Origin: the human T2T-CHM13v2.0 reference genome, Homo sapiens
Assembly (NCBI RefSeq): GCF_009914755.1
Contig: NC_060927.1
Direction: 5' to 3' (one strand)
DNA length: 64,000 nucleotides
The notes below the pieces were generated by a model. It was not told where the DNA came from and ran no database searches. It worked only from the letters and a program-made list of their open reading frames with translations. Every line of letters starts with the position of its first letter. The first letter of the stretch is position 1. This document shows positions 55,949-64,000 of the stretch, piece by piece. Both the position numbers and the translations under genes were made by a program.

Positions 55949-56208
55949 ATGTTTGTGTGGGCCTTATGGCTGTTGTTCATCTTACAGGTACAATATGTCT
56001 CTTATAATTACTATACTGATTTCAGTAGAAACCACACATGATTAAGCCTTGCTAACCTACAAATATTTTAATAGTGATCTGTATTTACATTTATCCTATT
56101 CAGAAACAAGACAAATGATTGAGAGTCCATGTATCCCAAATAAATATATATGACAATAGCTGAAATAGAACTTTGACTCAGGATGCTGTGCAGCTTCCTG
56201 AATAAGAA

Positions 56209-56245
<37 letters not shown>

Positions 56246-56855
56246 GGGATATATATATAAAATTAGGATATATATATAATTACACATACATATCTATATA
56301 TATGTGTATACATACAATTAGGATATATATACAATTATACATATATATCTATATATATACATATATCCTAATTATACATATTTAATTATACATATATATC
56401 TATATATACATATAAATCTATATATACATATATACATATATACATATATATCTATATATACATATAAATCTATATGTACATACATATGTATATACATATA
56501 ATTAGGATATATATAATTATACATATATATCTATATGTATACATATATCCTAATTTTATATATATATCCCTAATTTTATATATATATATATAAATTTCTT
56601 ATTCAGGAAACTGCACAGCATCCTGAGTCAAAGTTCTATTTCAGCTATTGTCATATATATTTATTTGAGATAGATGGACTCTCAATCATTTGTCTTGTTT
56701 CTGAATAGGATAAATGTAAATATGGATCACTCTTAAAATATTTGTAGCTTAGCAAGGCTTAATCATGTGTAGTTTCTATTGAAATCAGTATAGTAATTAT
56801 AAGAGACATATTGTACCTGTTAGATTAACAATAGCCGTAAGGCCCACACAAACAT
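55949..56855. repeat. 907-bp inverted duplication (palindrome) with a TA-rich centre
   Basis: 55949-56212 is the reverse complement of ~56592-56855 with 13 substitutions and no indels. Symmetry continues through (TA)n and AAAATTAGGGATAT..AAAATTAGGATAT to ~56274/56543. The spacer is ~270 bp of TA-rich repeat. Confidence 0.98.
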
Positions 56856-56921
56856 TTTGCAGAGCTTTCACTAAGTGCCACTTAGCAGTACAATACAAAC
56901 TGGACTGGGGACTACAGAGTC

Positions 56922-57352
56922 TGTTTAACAATGGGACCTAAAAGCCCTGGTTGCCCTAGAGACAAGGCCACCTCAGCGTAGATGCAACTTGCATGAACCT
57001 TGTAACAAAGCTTGCCCTTACAAGAATAGCTAAAGTTCCTTTATGAAAGAAGCACCTAGTAACTGACCTGGACTGAATATAGATATAGGAAAGAGGAAAG
57101 AATCCCTCAAACTCTCAGAAAAGTCTCCAAAGGGAGATCCTCCCAGTAAGTCAGTCAACTGACCCTTGACTGTGTCTGGCCCAGGTCACTGGGCCTGTTC
57201 CTGCTGTCCGTCTTGTAAGATCCTTGCTAGAATAAACTGCTTGAGTATCAGATGGTGCCTAAGAGTTACCTTTAATGGGAATAAGACTGAAGGAGAAAAA
57301 CTGCCCCTGGGGAAGCTGGTTAAATAGGACCAACTGGGAGCCCCAAATTTGA
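56922..57352 (+). mobile_element. Probable ancient ERV(L) solo LTR
   Basis: Starts TGT, ~430 bp, GC-richer than the flanks, with AATAAA at 57231 in an LTR-like position; family not certain. Confidence 0.45.
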
Positions 57353-57714
57353 TGGTCTATCAAGGTCTTGTCACTGCCAGTCATAATGATTAGGGAAATA
57401 CTTTAGCATCGAAGACAAAGATGAAAAATTTATTCCTACTTTCTCCCCCATAGCAAATTTAGGATATTTTCATTTATTTGATAATAATTTATATATTCCT
57501 CTGGAAATATATTTATGTCACTTTGTTAAATTATTTGCTGTGTATGAAAATACATGAAATGAAGCCTGCCCACCAAGAGATTATAATTTATGAATGTTGC
57601 ACATATAAAAAGATGACATGAAGACATTATTGATAATCAGTTACATGAAGGTCATATAAGAAATAGCTATAATTATGCTATAGTCAAAGGGGAGGAAGTA
57701 AGTAGAACATTAAA

Positions 57715-57950
57715 ATTAGGTACACATGATTGCAAATCCATGTTTTACCATTTGCTAAGTGTATAGCTAATTATTACAAATAATTTGTCTGGTTATTTCT
57801 GTTACTAAGAATTGTCACTTATTGTTACAAACCAGTCTGTAACTCAGTTTTCAGATTTATTCTATGGGCATAATACCTCCTCACAGTCTCTCAAAAGGGT
57901 TAAATAAACTAAGGTAGTGAAGCACTGAACACAGTTCTTAGTATATGTTA
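57715..57950 (+). mobile_element. MIR SINE
   Basis: CTCAGTTTTC..ATGGGCATAATACCTCCTCACAG..AGCACTGAACACAGT. Confidence 0.65.
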
Positions 57951-58136
57951 TGACATCAAAGGTTAGTACTTTTTATTATGGAAAGAACACAGAAAAAACA
58001 AGACGATTTAAGGTTTGCTGCAACCACATTCTTTATTTAGTTCTTAGGTTCTCCTAAAATAAAATTCCTGGAGTACTTACCTCAATATGAAGTTTTAAAA
58101 TTACAACAGTATTGATAATTATTAAAATAAAAAATA

Positions 58137-58445
58137 GGCTGGGTATGGTGGCTCACTCCTGTAATCCTGCCAGTTTGGGAGGCTGAGGCAGGTGGATCCC
58201 TTGAGCCCAGGGGTTCCAGGTCAGCCTGGCCAACATGGTGAAACTCCATCTTTACAAAAAATACAAAAATTAGCTGGGTGTGGTGGTGTGCACCTGTAGC
58301 CTCAGCTACTCGGGAGGCTGAGGCACAAGAATTGCTTGAGCCCAGGAGGTGGAGATTTCAGTGAGCCAAGATGGTGCCACTGGACTCCGGTCAGGGCAAC
58401 AGAGACAGACTCTGTCCCCCACCACTTGCCCCACCGCAAAAAAAG
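58137..58445 (+). mobile_element. Alu (J/old S), with a C-rich decayed tail
   Basis: Dimer ending CTCTGTC-CCCCACCACTTGCCCCACCGC-AAAAAAA. Confidence 0.92.
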
Positions 58446-59649
58446 TTATAGAACATTGACTCTTCCATTCCCTATGCTAAGGGTGTTACGTCAAGTAATC
58501 CTCAATGGTACACTAAAAAAAGTATTGTTCTTATGACTGTACAATAAGGAAGCAATAGAAGAGATAGATCCATGAACTTGACTCAAATTTAAAATGGTGT
58601 AAACATTTTTATAGATAAAAATACACAGAGGAACGCCTTTACACATTGTTTAATTCACTTACTGTGACTGATAATGAAATGTACCTTTTAGAAAGTAATT
58701 TAAAAGACAAGAATATAAAACAAGCAATCAATAGCTTGAGCTCTGAAGTGCATTTCATAATGTGTTTCAGAATATAAATCAAATTAACTACAATGTATAT
58801 TTGTCAGTGTTTAATAAAATATCAATATATAAATAGAAACAAAATGAAGGAGTTGCAGCTTTTCCTACAACCATAACCTGAATTTGTTTAGGTGCAATTT
58901 TTTTCAGTTGTTCCTACTTGTAAATATGGGAACAAGATGATAACATACTCTCCTATATCACTCTGCTATATCTCAAATGCAATGTGAAGACCCTGAATTA
59001 ATAATTCACAAAATAATAACATTCAGGCATTTCTACTGTCCAATAATAGAAACATGCTGAAAAGATTCAAAGAATAATGAGGATATTAGAGATTCTAAAA
59101 CATGAAATAACAAAAGACAAGCATAAATCAAATGAGAAAACAACTTTCTAGCAAGAGAATTTGAACATAGGTGGGACAATTGCCTTGGCTATTATTGACA
59201 TACTTTCAAAACAATTATGGAATTTATAATGCTCTCTAAAAACACTTTGTGAGGTTTGATAGAGAAAGCCTTGTTTTAAAAAATCAGTGCTTCAGAAACC
59301 AGAATAAATGGATATAGAGATATAGTTACACAGGACTAGTAATAAAGATACTTTGAAGTTGTATTCACTTCACTCTCACACTCAAAAACCACAGAATCCA
59401 CATTCTTCAGTATATAACTAAACACATTCCAAATTGTACTCATCCTCCCAAAGAAATACGGATAGTGTTTATCTTAGCAACGAATCAAATTTAATAGAAA
59501 ATAAGAGATGGTTTAAAGTAGATGTGTCAATAGAGTTAGCATCATAAAATTTGGATTTTACCTGTCTTTAAAAAAATTAGGTGATTTTGAAAGAAAACAA
59601 GTTTGTATTCAAAATAAGTTTTTGATCTAATGAATATACAGGTACTGTT

Positions 59650-60100
59650 TTAAACTCTTTATATATTCTCCTTTAATCCTCATATCATCTCTGTGGGGCA
59701 GATAGTACAATACATAATGATCCTCTTAAAGAGAAGCCTGAGGCATGGAAAAATTATGTATCTTGTTCAAAATCTCATAATTAGTGAGTGGAGAACTTTC
59801 ACACGAATATCTGACTTGTACATTATGTATGTAATTTGCCTAACAAGGTTAGTATTTTATCATTTTTATGATCATGACTATCATAACCAGTAATATATCA
59901 CATCTGTTGAGTACCTTATCACCACTAAATGCTTTTTCACACAGCAATGTGTTTGGTTTGTATAGAAACCTTTCAAGTGAACAGGGTAAATATTAATGTT
60001 CCCATTTTACAGACAGAGGGCAAGTAAGTAACATTTCACCACAAGGAAAAGCAGAGCCAGAGAAGAAACCTGGGCTTTTTTCACTCACAGTCCAGGCTGA
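59650..60100 (-). mobile_element. Two MIR remnants
   Basis: TTTAATCCTCA..CTGAGGCATGGA and CCCATTTTACAGA cores. Confidence 0.65.
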
Positions 60101-60161
60101 TTTACATAATTCAAATACTTGTGTCACTGCAGTAAAATTACTATCTGAAATATCTTATTAA

Positions 60162-60162
<1 letters not shown>

Positions 60163-60198
<36 letters not shown>
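60163..60198. repeat. (TC)n(CA)n microsatellite
   Basis: Directly visible. Confidence 0.9.
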
Positions 60199-60689
60199 CC
60201 CTTAAGAAGCTATAAATGCAAACAGGTTAGAATGACTACTTAGTGTGTAATATTTACTGAGCATACATTTAAGTGATGGTGCACTGTACTTCTGTGGACA
60301 TAATAGTTCTGACTAAAATTCAGCATCCAATCTCCTTTTTAGAATATATGTCAGAGAAAGCTCTGGGCTCTCAAAATAATGTTAGCATCAAACAAATAAA
60401 CAAAGAATGAACACTCTGTTTAGATAATTTACTTTACATAATAAAATCAGATTGACCAGAGCTCAATTAGCTTTAGGAAATTCTAGCATCTTGATTATAG
60501 ATGTTTAGAACTTGTTACGTTATTAGATTTGCTTAATAAATAATAGATGATAAAAGATATTATTTGACATCATATCTTACCTTGCTAGGGACTGTCACTT
60601 AATTTGTAAGGCAGAGAGAAATAACTGTCTTATAACAAGTGCAATAACCAAGTTCTTGTTCTCTCCTTTTATAGAGGGGTTATCATTAG

Positions 60690-61217
60690 GTGGTAGGTGC
60701 CAAGCCAGAGGCTGTACTTTTTTAGCCTCTAGATGCTGACTAGCTGTTATACTAGTAATGCTTAAGTCTTAAGGTCCCTCACTGCAAAACGCTCTTCCAA
60801 AGCTTTATATCTCATTTTGTATTAATAATTTGTATCTTTTTTTTTACATCAGAAGGAAGCTCTAGTATTTTATAAGCATCAGAACCTGCAGTATTTGAAA
60901 ATTGCAGCCCCCTTTTACATCCAGATAAGGGTACATGGCTAGTTCTCATCAAAGGATGGCGAACAAAAGTGTATTTATAATTTTTAGCCTGGGCTTTTAA
61001 GAAATAAATTGTGCTTCTTCATGTTGTTATTCTTTCTGTTGGATGGATACTAATGCCTAGGGCATTTATCAGCCTAAATGATTCTATGGCACAGAGATTC
61101 ACTACTCCACTGACAGTATGAACACCCTTTGTGAGCAAGAAGTAAATCTCTATTCTTTTAAGCCTTTGAAATTTTGGGTTTATGTGTTATAGGAGTTTGT
61201 GTTACCCTAACTAACAG
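60690..61217 (+). mobile_element. Old MLT1-type MaLR LTR remnant
   Basis: 3' end GTGAGCAAGAAGTAAATCTCTATT..TTAAGCC..TGAAATTTTGGG..CCCTAACTAACA; 5' boundary uncertain. Confidence 0.6.
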
Positions 61218-61751
61218 AGGTCATGATTTGAGTTGGGGCTGAAATTGCCATTCAAAGTTAAACAAACTGGATAAAAATCTGTTCTATATCAAACTTGAAA
61301 CAGACTACTTCAAATATCCAAAACTTTTACAAGAAATAAAACTGTTCTTTAATTATAAGGTGATGAGTTTCATGATAAAGTTGAAGAACACAAAGAGAGG
61401 CTTCCCCCTCCCTTTCATAATATGGGTGGCATGGAAGTTCTCCTGTCTACAGTAAGGAGGAGTGGATATGTTTTTGAAACAAGGAAAGTAAGACACAATA
61501 AGAATGCCATATATATTATAAAATAGAACACTAATAAAAATAACTTTTAAAATATTGTGAGCTGTAAGGCAAGGGCAGTGGCCTTGGGGAAGGACAGACC
61601 TGAATTTATACATTGGTTTTATCTTTCACAAGCTGCTTATCCTTAGATGAGGTTCTTAATCCCTATGCCTTTTACCATATCTGTCAAATAATGTCCTCTT
61701 AGCATTTGTCTCTGCTATTAATATTGTTGTTGGTGGTGACAGTGGTGGTGG

Positions 61752-61822
61752 TGTGTGTGTGTGCATGTGTGTGTGCAAATGTGTGTCTATGTGTGTGTGT
61801 ATGTGTGTGTGAGAGAGAGAGA
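61752..61822. repeat. (TG)n(GA)n microsatellite
   Basis: Directly visible. Confidence 0.9.
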
Positions 61823-62139
61823 AGTGGAGACATCATAGTAGCTTGCAAGTCAGATAATTTTTCTCCTTAAACTGATAAAGAATTGAAATATTATCTAAAA
61901 ATTTATTTAGCTATCATGCCACACTGTTAAAAGAGAAAAATAAAAATCATGGAATTGAGTTCTCTTAGCAGAGTTTGAAAATATGGAAATGAATGTTTTG
62001 TGAGCCAGACAACACATGAAATGACAACCTGACAGCCACTGGAGGTGCATAAAGAAATATTCCCATCTGGCTATAAAATGGGAATAGTTATGATCAAAGG
62101 ATGAACAGCTTGCATAAGAACACAGAGTAGGGATCAACT

Positions 62140-63200
62140 AATTTTGCTTTGTGAAGTACAGGAAGGAGCTACATAAAATTAGATGAAAAATCGGGGCAAG
62201 GATATGTCATTCAGATGAAACAAAATGCACATGCCACTGAGGCATGAATGCTTCCAATGGGTGTAGGGAAGCTTGAAAAGGTCCAGGAACTGGAGCTTAA
62301 AGTAATTGTGTTCAACCTCCATGAAAAGCTCTCTGATTGTAATGTGGCAGCTGGAATGGCTTTAGGAAGAGTGTCGAGGGAATCCAGGTAAGAGATAGGT
62401 AGTTTCTGAGCAGAACCAATGACACCACATACAGAAATAATCTGGGACCAGCAGTGCACAGTGTTCACTCCACCTGGAAAGCCCTTACCATTTCTCCTTC
62501 AAACTCTTCCTTCAATTGTTGCTCAAGGTTTACCTCCTTTAGGAAGCCTTCCTTGACTACAGAGGTTGAGTTACGTAACCCTCATCTGGGCACGTATTGC
62601 CCCTGTGCTGCCTCTATTATAGCACTTCTCAAACTGCTATTATAGCACTTCTCAAACTGTAAACATTTTCATGTGAAATGTTAAATTACTTCAATTCATT
62701 TGCTCACATGAGCATCCAATAGAGTCTGACAGTGTGGAGGTAGAGAACAAATCAGATAGGAGTCTAGAAATCTTAGAAATACGTGAAACTGGATTTAAAA
62801 AATGAGAAATGGAATGCAATTTGGATTCAAAGCCTTGGGGAGAGGAATTCATGCAAGTGGAAACAGCCCAAGAAAACACAGATGTGGGAAAGCAAAGGGC
62901 GAGTGAAGCACGTTTTTTGAGTTTAGTTTAATCATGAGGTAAGTGAGGGTGATGCACTGGAAGCCATTTGAGGAAATTGAGGTCCTATAGTTTAGAACTT
63001 CTAATTCTAGATAAAGACTTAAGACATTGATTCTAAGAAGAATAGCAGCCTAAGACTTTTTTTTTTTTTAAGAATCCAAATGACACAGAACTGTGCTTCT
63101 AACAATGACCGGCAGTTGTAGGTAGGATAAGAGGCAGAGAAAACTACTTGCAGCAGAGAATCTAGTTACGAAACTCTGCTTTGGGCAAAACAGAGAAGTA
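62140..63200. mobile_element. L2 remnants in both orientations
   Basis: Plus-strand CACCTGGAAAGCCCTT..ACCTCCTTTAGGAAGCCTTCCTTGACT (62465-62560) and purine-rich antisense L2-like flanks. Confidence 0.55.
62614..62659. repeat. Perfect 23-bp tandem duplication
   Basis: CTATTATAGCACTTCTCAAACTG twice. Confidence 0.95.
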
Positions 63201-64000
63201 ATACTGCTAAGCCAAGGTATTAAGAGATGTCTTACTCATTTTGGGGGGTGGTGAGGGAGGATCTCACTGTAAGGTGTACCAAAGCAGTTAGTACAAATAT
63301 GTATAAAAGGGTAGATGAAAGACAAAATTGCTTCCTAGGGGTATAGCCTATCAAGTTGGCTCAGTCTTGTCATCTGCCAGTAAAAGGCAAAAACACTCTA
63401 CTTTGTCAAATATAGTGCTAACAATATGCATTGCCAGCCTCATTTGATATAGCAGAAAATGTAAACTCTGAAATGTAGGTAAAGATGTGAAGCTGGACTA
63501 CATTAAAAACAAAAAGTGTAGAAATGTCGAATTCCTTGATTCTCTGCTTTTCTTCCCAAGTACTCTCTGCTCACCATGGATAATCATGAAAAAGAAGGAG
63601 TAAAGGAATCTCTTTCTTCTAGGTCAATAAAACTATAACATATTTTAAAAATGCTCACTTAAGTAAGAAAGCCTACAATGGTTATTGGCAAATTGGGTTG
63701 GTAATTATTTGGAGCTGACATTTTTGGATTACAATTAATCAATAAGGCATAAGCCAAGGGTGTGTTACTTCCAGATAACACACTCCTTGGAAAGTGCTGT
63801 GAGGCATAAGGGGTGAATTAGAGCCTCCAATGAGCTGGGAAATGTGTTATCTCTCTGTAGCACAACTCTTAGGTTGTATTAATACCACATACATGGCATT
63901 AGATACACTAGTTGTTTATGGAGTGATTGTACCATGTAAAACATATGTTTAAAACATGTTTACCCTTGTGGGCCGGCAATGGTTGCTGATTTGGAAACAT

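Noticed and set aside
56212-56592. Repeated AATTAGGATAT units with variable spacers, superficially CRISPR-like
   Set aside because: Primate DNA, the spacers are TA-microsatellite variants, and there are no cas genes.

Overview
Primate genomic DNA, most likely human or great ape (AluY, AluS and AluJ; L1PA2/3-like and L1PA5-like LINEs; THE1 MaLR). It is AT-rich and repeat-dense, with no host protein-coding gene, RNA gene or CpG island that I can support. Every ORF with recognisable homology is a broken LINE-1 ORF1/ORF2 fragment or a reading frame through Alu/MaLR sequence, so the window looks like gene desert or a deep intron. Main content: two nested older L1s (1-7.7 kb); solo MLT2 and THE1 LTRs; a full-length THE1 provirus inside an AluJ; two Alus sharing one target site; three 5'-inverted L1s in 27-38.4 kb, one nested in another; and a near-complete L1MA ORF2/3' end (46.3-50.7 kb). 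The most notable structures not explained by repeat annotation are (i) a ~907-bp inverted duplication centred on a TA-rich tract (55949-56855) whose arm identity rises toward the centre, (ii) several smaller fold-back or templated-insertion scars, including a 44-bp copy of nearby THE1 internal sequence, and (iii) a ~1.4-kb block free of recognisable repeats and rich in MEIS/PBX motifs, a candidate enhancer. I cannot support a novel protein-coding system. Subfamily names come from my recall of consensus sequences and need RepeatMasker/Dfam confirmation.
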